Shown here in pieces: positions 9,230 to 18,682 of a stretch of 64,000 bases of DNA. Source of the DNA: a bacterium (GTDB lineage Bacteria > Zhuqueibacterota > Zhuqueibacteria > Residuimicrobiales > Residuimicrobiaceae); NCBI GenBank assembly GCA_035388125.1, contig DAOOPF010000004.1, positions 540-64,539 on the forward strand, read 5' to 3'. The notes below the pieces were generated by a model. That model was given only the letters and a program-made list of their open reading frames with translations. It ran no database searches and was not told the DNA's origin. Made by a program: the position numbers and the translations under genes. Position 1 is the stretch's first letter. Each line of letters opens with the position of its first letter.

Positions 9230-10297
9230 CTACTCATACGCTTTGGCCTGCTCTTCGCCGCGCAGAACGCGCAATGCTCCCAGGGCCAGAGCTTCCATCT
9301 CCTCCTCACCCGGGAAGAGCAGCACGGGGGCGATAAAACTGACGCGTTCGCGGATGAGTCCGGTGAAGCGGTCATCATGGGCGATGCCGCCTGTCAGCGC
9401 AACGGCATCTACCTGCCCGCTGAGTACTGCAGCCATGCTGCCGATCTCCCTGGCGATCTGTCCGGCCATCGCCTGATAAACCAGCAGCGCCTGGGCGTCC
9501 CCCCTGTCGATCATCGCCAGGACCTGGCGCATATCATTGACGCCGAGATAAGCGACAACTCCGCCTTTTCCGGTGATCATTTTACTGATCTCGCGCTCGG
9601 TATAGCTTCCCGAGAAGCAGAGCTTGACCAGCCCGTAGGCGGGCAAGGTCCCGCTGCGTTCAGGCGAAAAGGGGCCATCGCCATTAAGCGCGTTGTTGAC
9701 GTCGATGACCCGGCCCTGCCGGTGCGCAGCCACGGAGATGCCCCCACCGAGGTGGACGATTATCAGGTTGAGTTGCTCATAGGGCTTGCCAAGCTGCAGC
9801 GCCGCCTTGCGTCCCACTGCTTTATGGTTGAGAGCATGGAAAATGCACTGTTTAGGGAGAAGCGGGTGCCCGGTGAGGCGAGCTTCGGGTTCGAGCTCAT
9901 CGACGACCACTGGATCGACGATGTAGGCGGGACGATCGTGCAGGGACGCCAATTCGTAGGCGAGGATGGCGCCCAGATTGGAGGCATGTTCGCCAAACTC
10001 CGCTTTTTCGAGCTGCGTCAGCATGGTCTCGCCTACCTGGAAGGTTCCACTGGTAACCGGATGGAGCAGGCCGCCCCGGCCGACAAAAGCGTCGATCTCT
10101 CCAATCTGCACTCCTCGTTCTTCCAGTATCCTTAAAATGGCCTGCCGGCGGAAGGCATACTGGCTGTAGACCGAAGGATAGGGTGTGAGCTCTTGCGAAG
10201 AGTGCGCCATGCTCGCTGTGAAAACCGGGGTTTCATCGTGAAAAAGGGCGATCTTGGTCGAGGTAGAACCGGGATTGATGACCAGGATAGTGAACAC
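9230..10297 (-). CDS. buk: Butyrate kinase, copy 1
   Basis: Start moved to GTG 10297, preceded by GGAGG, giving (M)FTILVINPGSTSTKIALF, the canonical Buk N-terminus. This removes the overlap with apt. Has GRGG, HLGGGISV and ALTGGIAH motifs. Confidence 0.9.
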   Translation of the reverse strand: MFTILVINPGSTSTKIALFHDETPVFTASMAHSSQELTPYPSVYSQYAFRRQAILRILEERGVQIGEIDAFVGRGGLLHPVTSGTFQVGETMLTQLEKAEFGEHASNLGAILAYELASLHDRPAYIVDPVVVDELEPEARLTGHPLLPKQCIFHALNHKAVGRKAALQLGKPYEQLNLIIVHLGGGISVAAHRQGRVIDVNNALNGDGPFSPERSGTLPAYGLVKLCFSGSYTEREISKMITGKGGVVAYLGVNDMRQVLAMIDRGDAQALLVYQAMAGQIAREIGSMAAVLSGQVDAVALTGGIAHDDRFTGLIRERVSFIAPVLLFPGEEEMEALALGALRVLRGEEQAKAYE

Positions 10298-10307
10298 ACC
10301 ACCTCCG

Positions 10308-10829
10308 TTATTCGGATTCAACGTGGACAAGGGATTCAAGACGCATCGGGGTGAGGCGCTGTCGAGCCCCGAGAAAGTCCAGTTCAATGACAAAAGCGCA
10401 GCCGATCACTTCCGCTCCGAGCGCGCGGGCGAGCCGGATCGCTGCCTCCACTGTACCGCCTGTGGCGAGCAGATCATCGACGATCAGCACGCGCTGGCCC
10501 GGTTGAAGGGCATCGGTGTGCATCTCGAGACTGTCGCTGCCGTACTCTAGGGCATAGCTCTCCCGAATAGTGGCGGAGGGCAGTTTGCCGGGCTTGCGTA
10601 CCGGAACCATGCCAACGCCGAACTCATGTGCCAGGATACCGGCAAAGATGAAGCCGCGGGACTCGATGCCGATGACTGCGTCAATCCTCTCCCCTTCAAA
10701 GCGACGGCGCAGCTGTGCGATGGTTTCGCGCAGAGCGGGTCCATCGCCAATAAGAGTGGTGATATCCTTGAAGACAATCCCCGGCTTGGGAAAATCCGGG
10801 ATGCTGCGAATCTTGTCGGCGAGGTCCAT
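10308..10829 (-). CDS. apt: Adenine phosphoribosyltransferase
   Basis: 173 aa. FPKPGIVFKDIT, PRPP-binding loop VLIVDDLLATGGT. Confidence 0.9.
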   Translation of the reverse strand: MDLADKIRSIPDFPKPGIVFKDITTLIGDGPALRETIAQLRRRFEGERIDAVIGIESRGFIFAGILAHEFGVGMVPVRKPGKLPSATIRESYALEYGSDSLEMHTDALQPGQRVLIVDDLLATGGTVEAAIRLARALGAEVIGCAFVIELDFLGARQRLTPMRLESLVHVESE

Positions 10830-10933
10830 ACGGCTTCCTTTCAGGATTGAGCGCTCCAGTTCACGATGCGGAAACCTCCGTGGTGCCAGGAAGTGATCAT
10901 AACTTAATGTGGAAGGTTAAAAGATCAAGCTAT

Positions 10934-12229
10934 CTATGGATAGATTCGCGAGATCGTTCTCGGGAACGGGATCGTTTCACGGATATGCTGCAAGCCGCAG
11001 ATCCAGGTGACGGTGCGTTCGAGCCCAAGCCCGAAGCCGGCGTGGGGCACCGAGCCGTATTTGCGCAGATCGAGATACCAGTCATAATTCTCGACCGGGA
11101 GCTGATGTTCCCGGATGCGGCCGAGCAGAGTGTCGAGGTCGTCTTCACGCTGCCCGCCGCCGATAATTTCGCCGTAGCCTTCCGGGGCGAGGAGATCTAC
11201 GCAGAGTGCGCGGTCGGGCCGTTGAGGATCGCGTTTCATATAAAAGGCCTTCACACCGGCGGGATAGTGGGTCACCATGACCGGCCGGTCATATTTCTGC
11301 GAAATGATGGTCTCGTCTGGTGCACCGAGATCGTCGCCGTAGATAAACTGACTGTTCTCCGCTTTGATCATCCTGGCCGCTTCTTCATAGTCAAGCCGCG
11401 GGAAGGGCTTCTGGATGCATTCAAGTTTGCTGAGGTCGCGTTCTAGCCGCTTCAGTTCTTCTTTACGTTTGTCCAGCACACGCTCGACGATGGCGCAGAC
11501 CAGTCCTTCAGCCAGTTCCATATCTCCCTGCAGGTCGCAGAAGGCGACCTCAGGCTCGATCATCCAGAATTCGGTGAGATGGCGGCGGGTTTTGGATTTT
11601 TCCGCCCTGAATGTGGGGCCGAAACAGTAAACCTTGCCGAAGGCCATAGCGGCGGCTTCCATATAGAGCTGACCGCTCTGGGTGAGATAGGCCTTGTCTT
11701 CAAAATAGTTGGTTTCAAAGAGAGTGCTGGTTCCTTCAGCGGCTGCTGGCGTGAAAATGGGAGCATCAATAAGAGTGAAATTCAAATTATCGAAATAATC
11801 GCGACATGCACTAATAATCTCGTGTCTTACTTTAAGAACTGCATGCTGCAGTGCGGAACGAAGCCAGAGATGCCGGTGTTCCATAAGAAAGTCGATGCCA
11901 TGTTCTTTGGGGCTGATCGGGTATTCGCCGGCAATATGTACAATTTCGAGGGTGCCCACCTGCAGCTCAAAGCCGCCTTTGGCTCGTTTATCCTCGCAGA
12001 CCGTTCCGGTCACCCGTACAGAGCTCTCCTGGGTGAGCGTGAGTGAGGACTCGAAAAGTTCGTCACCGATGGTATCCCGGAACATCACCGCCTGAATCAA
12101 CCCGGTGCCGTCGCGCAGCATAAGAAAAATCAGTTTGCCTTTAGCAGTTTTGTTATAAACCCATCCCTGCAGGGTTACCTCCTGTCCGAGGTATTTTGCG
12201 ATCTCTTCGATATACACTTTTGCAGCCAT
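10934..12229 (-). CDS. asnS: Asparagine--tRNA ligase
   Basis: 431 aa class IIb aaRS. OB-fold N-terminus, [35 protein letters not shown]. Confidence 0.85.
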   Translation of the reverse strand: MAAKVYIEEIAKYLGQEVTLQGWVYNKTAKGKLIFLMLRDGTGLIQAVMFRDTIGDELFESSLTLTQESSVRVTGTVCEDKRAKGGFELQVGTLEIVHIAGEYPISPKEHGIDFLMEHRHLWLRSALQHAVLKVRHEIISACRDYFDNLNFTLIDAPIFTPAAAEGTSTLFETNYFEDKAYLTQSGQLYMEAAAMAFGKVYCFGPTFRAEKSKTRRHLTEFWMIEPEVAFCDLQGDMELAEGLVCAIVERVLDKRKEELKRLERDLSKLECIQKPFPRLDYEEAARMIKAENSQFIYGDDLGAPDETIISQKYDRPVMVTHYPAGVKAFYMKRDPQRPDRALCVDLLAPEGYGEIIGGGQREDDLDTLLGRIREHQLPVENYDWYLDLRKYGSVPHAGFGLGLERTVTWICGLQHIRETIPFPRTISRIYP

Positions 12230-12274
12230 TCTCTTGCGTTCCTTTCCGAAGGAGAGTGATGAGAATACTTTGGT

Positions 12275-13111
12275 TTATTTTGCCAACAGCAGAGGAGTCT
12301 CGGCCTGCCTCAGGATCCGGTCCGTGGTACTGCCGAGCAGGGTTTCGCGAATTCGGGAGTGGCCGTAGGCTCCGATGGCGATCAGGCTGTATTGCTTTTG
12401 GGCGGCGTGTTTGACCAGGGCTTCGTCAGGCCGTCCGGTGACTATGAACGTTTCGGCCGTAACTTTATAGTTGCCCAGATAGGTAGAGGCGATGCCAAGA
12501 TAGTGGTTGGCGAGTTCGTTGTCTTCACTGACGCATAGCACTCCGACCTTTCCACCGGCGGCTTCAGCCAGATGAGCGGCATACTGCAGGGCCCGGTTGG
12601 CATGGTCGGAGCCGTCGTAGCCCACCAGGATATCCCGGATGGGAGCAAATTCCTGCCTAACCGCCAGCACGGGTTTACGCACCATCCTGCTCACCTCCTC
12701 CACTGTGGCACCAAGAGTTTTGGCATCCCAGTGTGCGAACTCGCCTCGCTGGCCCAGGATCAGCATATCCGCCGTCTGTGAGTGCTCAAGGATGACGTCC
12801 ACGGGCGCCCCAATGCTCTTGTGCGCGGAAAACGGGATCCCGCTCTGCTTGAGAAGTGCTGACGATTTGGCAAGGATCTTGTCGCATTTCTCCTCGAGCA
12901 GACTGCGCGAGGCCTCCTGATACGAAGAGGAGGGCACGATGGAGATGAAACCGTCGCTGCCGACGGCGGAAGCCCATTCAAAGATGCGCACATCCGCGAC
13001 TGTGAGCAGGCTCAGGTGGCTGCTGAAGCGCCCGGCGAGTTCAATGCCGTGAGAAAGGACGGAGTCGGTATAGGTGGAGCCATCAACGGCCAGTAAAATA
13101 TTTTTAAACAT
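12275..13111 (-). CDS. Universal stress protein, tandem UspA domains
   Basis: 278 aa with two Usp halves (ILLAVDGS..., GSTTDRILRQAETPLLL). Confidence 0.8.
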   Translation of the reverse strand: MFKNILLAVDGSTYTDSVLSHGIELAGRFSSHLSLLTVADVRIFEWASAVGSDGFISIVPSSSYQEASRSLLEEKCDKILAKSSALLKQSGIPFSAHKSIGAPVDVILEHSQTADMLILGQRGEFAHWDAKTLGATVEEVSRMVRKPVLAVRQEFAPIRDILVGYDGSDHANRALQYAAHLAEAAGGKVGVLCVSEDNELANHYLGIASTYLGNYKVTAETFIVTGRPDEALVKHAAQKQYSLIAIGAYGHSRIRETLLGSTTDRILRQAETPLLLAK

Positions 13112-13224
13112 ATTCTCCTCCCTCCTCTCGATTGTGACGGCCCAGGCAGGGCATTCGGCAGCCCGACAATATCTTCCCGGCTGGAGTCGGGAACGGGGTC
13201 CTGCCGCTTCCGTTCACCACGCAC

Positions 13225-14238
13225 TCAGTGCCAGAGTTCGGGTTTGGCCTCCCGATTCATCAACTCCTCCAGGGCGGCGTGTGGTTCCTTGTGCTCGAAA
13301 AGGGCCTGATAGACCTGCTCACAGATCGGCATCTCGACCTCGCATTGGCGGGCGAGAGCGACGGCTGATTTGCTGGTCCTGACCCCCTCGGCCACCATAA
13401 CCATGGAGGCGAGGATCTCCTCCAGAGTTTTTCCCCTGCCGATCTGTTCACCAACGAACCGGTTACGGCTGTGCCGGCTCATGCAGGTGACGATCAGATC
13501 GCCCATGCCCGAGAGTCCGGCGAAGGTGAGAAGATTGGCACCCAGTTTTCTTCCCAGCCGGGCCATTTCGGCCAGTCCGCGCGGCTGCAGGGCGGCCTTG
13601 GTGTTATCCCCAAATCCGGCGCCATCGCAAATGCCGGCGGCGATCGCGATCACATTTTTCAGTGCGCCGCCCAGTTCCACGCCGACGACATCATGGCTGC
13701 GGTAGAAGCGCAGGGTGCGGCTGTTCAACTCCTCCTGCAATGAAATGGCGACCTCTTCTGAGCTGGAGGCGATGACGACCGCCGAGGGAATGCCCCGGCT
13801 GACCTCTTCGGCATGGCTGGGTCCGGAGAGCACGGCGTAATTCTCATCGGGAAAGTCGGGCAGCTCCTGCCGGACGATTTCGGAGATGCGCAGCTGGGTA
13901 TCGTTTTCGATCCCCTTGGCGCAATTGACCAGCAGTACTCCCGAGGGGAGGTGGATTGGCGCGATCTGGCGGAGCACCCCGCGCACGAAATGCGAGGGCA
14001 CAACCTGCAGGATCACCTCAACCCGGTGGAGAGCGCGTTCCAGCTCGGCCGTGATCGTGATATCACGTTCAATCTCGCTCCCCGGCAGCACGGCGGATCG
14101 GGTCCGTTCGCGATCCAACCTTTCCGCTTCAGCCGGATCAAATTCCCACAGTGTGACCGGATGACCGAGGCACCGGCAGTAGTTGGCCAGGGTAATTCCC
14201 CATCCTCCCGCGCCAAGGACACACACTTTTTTGATCAT
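13225..14238 (-). CDS. gpsA: NAD(P)H-dependent glycerol-3-phosphate dehydrogenase
   Basis: VLGAGGWGITLA Rossmann motif, ALKNVIAIAAG, 337 aa. Confidence 0.9.
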   Translation of the reverse strand: MIKKVCVLGAGGWGITLANYCRCLGHPVTLWEFDPAEAERLDRERTRSAVLPGSEIERDITITAELERALHRVEVILQVVPSHFVRGVLRQIAPIHLPSGVLLVNCAKGIENDTQLRISEIVRQELPDFPDENYAVLSGPSHAEEVSRGIPSAVVIASSSEEVAISLQEELNSRTLRFYRSHDVVGVELGGALKNVIAIAAGICDGAGFGDNTKAALQPRGLAEMARLGRKLGANLLTFAGLSGMGDLIVTCMSRHSRNRFVGEQIGRGKTLEEILASMVMVAEGVRTSKSAVALARQCEVEMPICEQVYQALFEHKEPHAALEELMNREAKPELWH

Positions 14239-14256
14239 AAACCTCTCTCTCCGCTC

Positions 14257-15261
14257 CTAATATACTTTGCCCATCACCATGGCAGTCTCGCCTCCCTCTT
14301 TTTCCAGCAGGTGGAGGATTTCGTCAGCTCCATCCGGGCGTACGACAAGAACCAGGCCGATGCCGAGATTGAAGACGCGGCGCATCTCATCGTCGGCGAT
14401 CCCGCCGTACTCCTGAATGAGCCGGAAGAGAGGCGGTACGTTCCAGTTCTCCCACTCCACCTTGAGGTTGAGGCCGCCCCGCAGCAATCTGCGCGTGTTC
14501 CCCTCGATGCCGCCTCCGGTGATATGGCTGATCCCCTTCAGTGCCGAATGGCCGCGCACCAGGCGGATGGGATTTTGATAGCTGCGATGAACCTGGAGCA
14601 AGGCATCCGCCCAGGTCGTGCCGAGCTTGGAGACGTGCTCATCCAGATCGATCTTTTTCATCTCGAGCAGAACCTTGCGCGCCAGAGAAAAGCCGTTGGT
14701 GTGCAGGCCGGTCGAAGGCAGACCGATGAGCAGATCGCCTTCCCTGATCTGCCCGCCGTCGATGATGCGGTCACGGTTTACCGCCCCGATGATAGTGCCG
14801 GCCAGGTCGTACTCTCCGGCTGCATAAAACCCCGGCATCTCTGCAGTTTCGCCGCCGATCAGGGCGCAGCCGTTTTCGCGGCAGGCTTTGGCCATCCCGC
14901 CCACCAGCGCCGCAGCGGTGGCGGGATCGAGCACCCCGACGCCAAGGTAGTCGAGAAAAAAGAGCGGATCGGCCCCGCAGGTCATGATATCGTTGACACA
15001 ATGATTGACCAGATCCTGGCCGACTGAATCATGGCGTCCGGATGCAAAGGCGATCTTGAGTTTGGTGCCGACCCCGTCGATGCTGGAGACGATAACCGGA
15101 TCGGTGTATTTCTTCAGATCGAGTGCGAAAAAGCCGGCGAAAAGCCCGATTTCCTTGAGCACATGACTGTTGAAGGTCGATTTGGCCAGCGCTGCGATGT
15201 TGTGGGTCGCCTCTTCCGCCGCTTCGAGGCTGACGCCAGCTTCCTGATAGGTGATAGGCAC
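14257..15261 (-). CDS. purM: Phosphoribosylformylglycinamidine cyclo-ligase (AIR synthetase)
   Basis: 334 aa. DGVGTKL, DLVNHCVNDI, ALIGGETAEMPG, HITGGG. Confidence 0.9.
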   Translation of the reverse strand: MPITYQEAGVSLEAAEEATHNIAALAKSTFNSHVLKEIGLFAGFFALDLKKYTDPVIVSSIDGVGTKLKIAFASGRHDSVGQDLVNHCVNDIMTCGADPLFFLDYLGVGVLDPATAAALVGGMAKACRENGCALIGGETAEMPGFYAAGEYDLAGTIIGAVNRDRIIDGGQIREGDLLIGLPSTGLHTNGFSLARKVLLEMKKIDLDEHVSKLGTTWADALLQVHRSYQNPIRLVRGHSALKGISHITGGGIEGNTRRLLRGGLNLKVEWENWNVPPLFRLIQEYGGIADDEMRRVFNLGIGLVLVVRPDGADEILHLLEKEGGETAMVMGKVY

Positions 15262-15785
15262 TAGGGTTTTCCTTCCTTGAGATAGTCCTGACGCACTGAA
15301 CTGAAGAACTCGAGCGCTGAAGCTTCCAGATAATCGGGATAGGTCCAGGGATTGCTCTGAAACCGGCCTCCGCGCCAGAAGAGCTGAACATCACCATAGA
15401 TACCCTGACCGAGATAGATGCGGTGACCGTAATTTTTGGTCGTTGCCAGCACCAGTTTCGCCGCCTCGATGTAGCCGGGATCGAGGTTGACGCTCCGGCG
15501 GCCAGCCAGGGCCATCTCCGCCTCGATGCGATTGGTGGCGAGTTTGATCCCGACGATCTGCATCGGCTCGATCAGACGCCCGAAAGCGCAGAAAAATTTC
15601 TGCAGGTTTGGCCCCATCTCCTCCTGATAATAGCGGGTGTGTGTAAAAGCGAATGAGACGGTGCGCTCCGCGACAGGGCCATAGAGCCGTTCGAGCTCCG
15701 CACAGGCGCGCAGGCCGCTCTCCTCATCCCGGCAGCAGACTGCGCAAATCAGGCGCACAGGAGGTGCATTTTTCAGCTGGCCCAT
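15261..15785 (-). CDS. DUF4416-like conserved hypothetical protein
   Basis: 174 aa. Pattern F..T.YY..EMG..L.K.F..F, then NLDPGY and HRIYL, recalled as DUF4416. Not verified by search. Confidence 0.5.
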   Translation of the reverse strand: MGQLKNAPPVRLICAVCCRDEESGLRACAELERLYGPVAERTVSFAFTHTRYYQEEMGPNLQKFFCAFGRLIEPMQIVGIKLATNRIEAEMALAGRRSVNLDPGYIEAAKLVLATTKNYGHRIYLGQGIYGDVQLFWRGGRFQSNPWTYPDYLEASALEFFSSVRQDYLKEGKP

Positions 15786-15823
15786 CAGGATACTCCGGAG
15801 AAAGAGTGTTCACGCGTGCTGGA

Positions 15824-16474
15824 TTACATCCCCTTTTTCTTGGTCACTTTTTTCAGCGAGGCACCGCACAGTGGACAGTATTTCCACTTCATGTTCGGAA
15901 AGAGGTGATTGATGTCACCGGAGCATTGCATAATGAAAAGTGGCTCGAACTCCAGGCGTACCAGCTTGCCATTCTCCTGATCCAGCTGAAGACGAAAATC
16001 CCCCCGATCAGTGCGGCCAGTCAAGAAAACATCTGAAATATCAGGAGTGAGCAGCCGCGATTTGACCTGATTCCCGTTCCAGTCCTTGATCAGCACATCC
16101 ACCTCGACGTCGCTCCAGTGGCGATATCCCTGCGCATCGACCGGCACGTTCCGGGCGCGCTGTTCGGGTTCGAGATATTTTTTCCATTCAACCCGCACGG
16201 GGAAGCACTGCATCTCCGCGATATTTTCCATCGCGATGCGTTCCCCGGTTTCAAGCGGAAAATAGGTCACCGTTGGATAGTCAGAAGGCAGATAGACGCC
16301 ATAGCCGGCGAAAACGAATTCGAGATGAAGATTTTTGACCGTAACCGCCGGTTTTGAAGAATCCGGATAAACCTTGGCCTCGACAATCGAAGCGGAATTG
16401 ATTTGAGCGGTGGCGTTGAGGCTGGAGATAAGAAGGATCATCACGATCCATGTTGGCCATGCCGAGGGTCTCAT
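15824..16474 (-). CDS. Secreted hypothetical protein
   Basis: Signal-like N-terminus (WIVMILLISSLNATAQ). No recognisable domain. C-terminal Cys pair (CSGD...YCPLCG). Confidence 0.5.
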   Translation of the reverse strand: MRPSAWPTWIVMILLISSLNATAQINSASIVEAKVYPDSSKPAVTVKNLHLEFVFAGYGVYLPSDYPTVTYFPLETGERIAMENIAEMQCFPVRVEWKKYLEPEQRARNVPVDAQGYRHWSDVEVDVLIKDWNGNQVKSRLLTPDISDVFLTGRTDRGDFRLQLDQENGKLVRLEFEPLFIMQCSGDINHLFPNMKWKYCPLCGASLKKVTKKKGM

Positions 16475-16593
16475 GGCGACCTCCTTTTTGCCCCGATGCA
16501 GAAGTTATTGTTAAAATTATACATCCACCCGATGTATCGGGTCAATCAGAATATATCCTATTAAATTTATTACATTTGTTATAAAATATCAAG

Positions 16594-16620
16594 AAAAAAA
16601 AGCCCCCTTGCGGGGGCTTT
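16594..16620 (-). terminator. Rho-independent terminator after gdhA
   Basis: Minus strand AAAGCCCCC-gcaa-GGGGGCTTTTTTTT, 19 nt after the stop. Confidence 0.85.
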
Positions 16621-16638
16621 TACACAGCCACGCTGATA

Positions 16639-17898
16639 TCACGGCCAGATGCCGCGGGCCTGGACCGCTTTGGCCACCCGGTCCACTGCGATCATCATTG
16701 CCCCGTTGCGGAGATCCTGTTTCTCACGCTTGGCGAGATCCCAGACCGCCGCGAAAGCGTTTTCGATAACGCGTTCCAGATTCTTGTTCACCTCTTCTTC
16801 CGTCCAGAAGAAGGACTGGATCGACTGCACCCACTCGAAGTAGGAGACGACCACGCCGCCGCTGTTGGCGAGAATGTCGGGAACCACATACTTGCCCTTT
16901 TTGACGAGAATCCGCTCAGCTTCGGGGGTAGTGGGTCCGTTGGCCCCTTCCACGATGGCGTAGGCCTTGATTCTGTCTGCGTTTTCGGCAGTAATCTGTT
17001 TTTCCAGCGCCGCCGGCACCAGAATTTCGGTATCCAGTTCGAGCAGTTCGGCATTGCTGATTTTGGTGATGCCGGGCGCGTCGAAGCCCTCGAGAAGCCG
17101 GTTCTTGGAGGTGGTGCAATATTTGATCATATCGCTGATGGGCAGACCGGCCGGATTGTAATAGGCACCGCTGACATCGCTGACGGCGATGATCTTGCAG
17201 CCCTGCTTCGAGAGCAGATCGGCGCTGACGCTGCCGACATTGCCGAAGCCCTGCACGACGACGCGGGTCTTGGCGGGGTCCTTGTCCAGGCGTTTAAGCA
17301 GCTCGATGGTATTGAACATGACGCCGCGGCCGGTCGCCTCACGCCGTCCAAGCGAGCCGCCGAGTTCGATCGCTTTACCGGTGACGATATCGAGCACTGT
17401 GCTGCCGCGGAACATGCTTACCGTATCCATGATCCAGCCCATGGTCTCGGCGCTGGTGTTGACATCGGGAGCGGGAATATCACTGTGCGGACCGATGATG
17501 GGCATGATCGCGACGGTATAACGCCGGGTGAGGTGGCGGATTTCATCCTTGCTGAGCTTGGTCGGATCGACCTTGACGCCACCTTTACCACCACCGTAGG
17601 GAATATTGACCGTGGCGCATTTCCAGGTCATCCACATCGAGAGTGCGGTCACTTCATCGAGAGTCACGTTCTGATGAAAACGGATCCCGCCCTTGCAGGG
17701 ACCGCGGGCGCTCGAATGCTGCACGCGGTGACCTTCAAAAACCTCGATGTGACCATCATCCATTACCACCGGAAGCGCGACTGTCAAAGCCCTCTCCGCG
17801 TGGGCGAGAACGCGATGCGTGTTGGCATCGAGTTTCAGCAGCCGCGCGGCGGAATCGAGCTGTTCCAGCGCCATGGCGAATACATCAGCTTTTTCCAT
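16639..17898 (-). CDS. gdhA: Glutamate dehydrogenase (Glu/Leu/Phe/Val dehydrogenase family)
   Basis: 419 aa. KGGIRFH, PYGGGKGG, VVVQGFGNVGS. Confidence 0.9.
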   Translation of the reverse strand: MEKADVFAMALEQLDSAARLLKLDANTHRVLAHAERALTVALPVVMDDGHIEVFEGHRVQHSSARGPCKGGIRFHQNVTLDEVTALSMWMTWKCATVNIPYGGGKGGVKVDPTKLSKDEIRHLTRRYTVAIMPIIGPHSDIPAPDVNTSAETMGWIMDTVSMFRGSTVLDIVTGKAIELGGSLGRREATGRGVMFNTIELLKRLDKDPAKTRVVVQGFGNVGSVSADLLSKQGCKIIAVSDVSGAYYNPAGLPISDMIKYCTTSKNRLLEGFDAPGITKISNAELLELDTEILVPAALEKQITAENADRIKAYAIVEGANGPTTPEAERILVKKGKYVVPDILANSGGVVVSYFEWVQSIQSFFWTEEEVNKNLERVIENAFAAVWDLAKREKQDLRNGAMMIAVDRVAKAVQARGIWP

Positions 17899-17962
17899 AA
17901 TACACTCCCATTATTTAAGACAGCTGTCCCGCTTGTTGGTTTATTGTGAAGCTTGATATCGA

Positions 17963-18003
17963 TAAAAAACAAAGCCCTGTTCCAGGTAATGGAAAAGGGC
18001 TTT
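17963..18003 (-). terminator. Strong intrinsic terminator 65 nt upstream of the gdhA start (ends the leader/sRNA below)
   Basis: Minus strand AAAGCCCT-t-TTCCA-ttacc-TGGAA-c-AGGGCTTT followed by GTTTTTTAT. Confidence 0.7.
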
Positions 18004-18182
18004 AGATTACAGCAATCGGACTGATCAGAAACCAGATACAGAAATTCGGGCATCCCGGTATGATGCCGGCTCTCGGGATGCCTGTGGAAAACGCTATGGG
18101 GTACTTTAAAGGCATAGGGAAAATTGCTGGCTGCAATAGGCCGTTTTAACGACTGTTTGGATGCAGGGCATCCTCTGAAATG
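18004..18182 (-). ncRNA. Candidate structured leader or small RNA between the S4-domain gene and gdhA
   Basis: Bounded by a consensus-like promoter (18189-18217) and the terminator (17963-18003). Contains hairpins GGATGC-cct-GCATCC and GGCATCCCG-N16-CGGGATGCC, plus the direct repeat AGCCAGCA x2. No class recognised. Confidence 0.3.
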
Positions 18183-18188
18183 CTGGCT

Positions 18189-18217
18189 AATGTAGGCAAT
18201 ATAAAAATGATTGTCAA
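18189..18217 (-). promoter_or_regulatory. Sigma-70-type promoter just downstream of the S4-domain gene stop
   Basis: Minus strand TTGACA-atcatttttatattgcc(17)-TACATT. Confidence 0.5.
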
Positions 18218-18235
18218 GGGATAAATCGGGCCCTG

Positions 18236-18682
18236 TTATCGCCAGGGATTGCCATCGCGCCGGTGCTGCTCAAGTTTACGGCGTTCTCTTTTAGTGGGCC
18301 TGCCCTTGTAGGCGGGCTTGACCCTTTTAACCGCTTCGCTGAAAAGCTTCATCAACTCCTGTTCTTCCGGAGAAGTTTCACGGGTGTGCAGTGTGTAGAG
18401 CAGGCGGGCCTGGGCGGCGGCGATGCTTTTAATGCAGAGCTGCACAACCTCCAGGTCGATGTAGGTGCCGCCGTGATGACGGATAGTCAGGAGGTCGCCG
18501 GGGCGGATCTCCTTGGCCGGTTTGGCGACCTGACCGTTGACCTTGACCCGGCGTTCTTCACAGGCCTCGGTCGCCTGGGAGCGAGTCTTGAAGATACGCG
18601 CAATTTTCAGCCATTTGTCGAGGCGCTGTGTGGCTATGACCGGTGCGGGGCTATTCTCCATCCGCTTCGCCTCCATCACCAC
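18236..18682 (-). CDS. RNA-binding S4-domain protein (Hsp15/HslR-like)
   Basis: [45 protein letters not shown] fits the S4 fold. Basic C-terminal tail. Start uncertain (overlaps the ftsH 3' end). Confidence 0.7.
   Translation of the reverse strand: MVMEAKRMENSPAPVIATQRLDKWLKIARIFKTRSQATEACEERRVKVNGQVAKPAKEIRPGDLLTIRHHGGTYIDLEVVQLCIKSIAAAQARLLYTLHTRETSPEEQELMKLFSEAVKRVKPAYKGRPTKRERRKLEQHRRDGNPWR

Noticed and set aside
9230-10393. 387-aa version of butyrate kinase with a 32-aa N-terminal extension overlapping apt
   Set aside because: The extension has no Buk similarity. An internal GTG with a GGAGG SD gives the canonical N-terminus and removes the 86-nt overlap.
13813-15027. Long antisense ORFs in general. 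Examples: 2961-4310, 13813-15027, 19164-20633, 22719-23939, 24828-26231, 34949-36193, 37380-38423, 46290-47573, 49591-51132
   Set aside because: Each overlaps a confidently identified gene on the opposite strand (porV-like, gpsA/purM, ftsH, hydA, hydB, nrfD-like, kinase). All have biased composition and none has motifs or plausible SD/start contexts.
18002-18115. 37-codon ORF (MPLKYPIAFSTG...) whose stop overlaps the 5' arm of the terminator upstream of gdhA, a possible leader peptide
   Set aside because: There is no Shine-Dalgarno sequence upstream of its ATG, and no run of regulatory codons. It is kept only as a remote alternative to the RNA-only interpretation.
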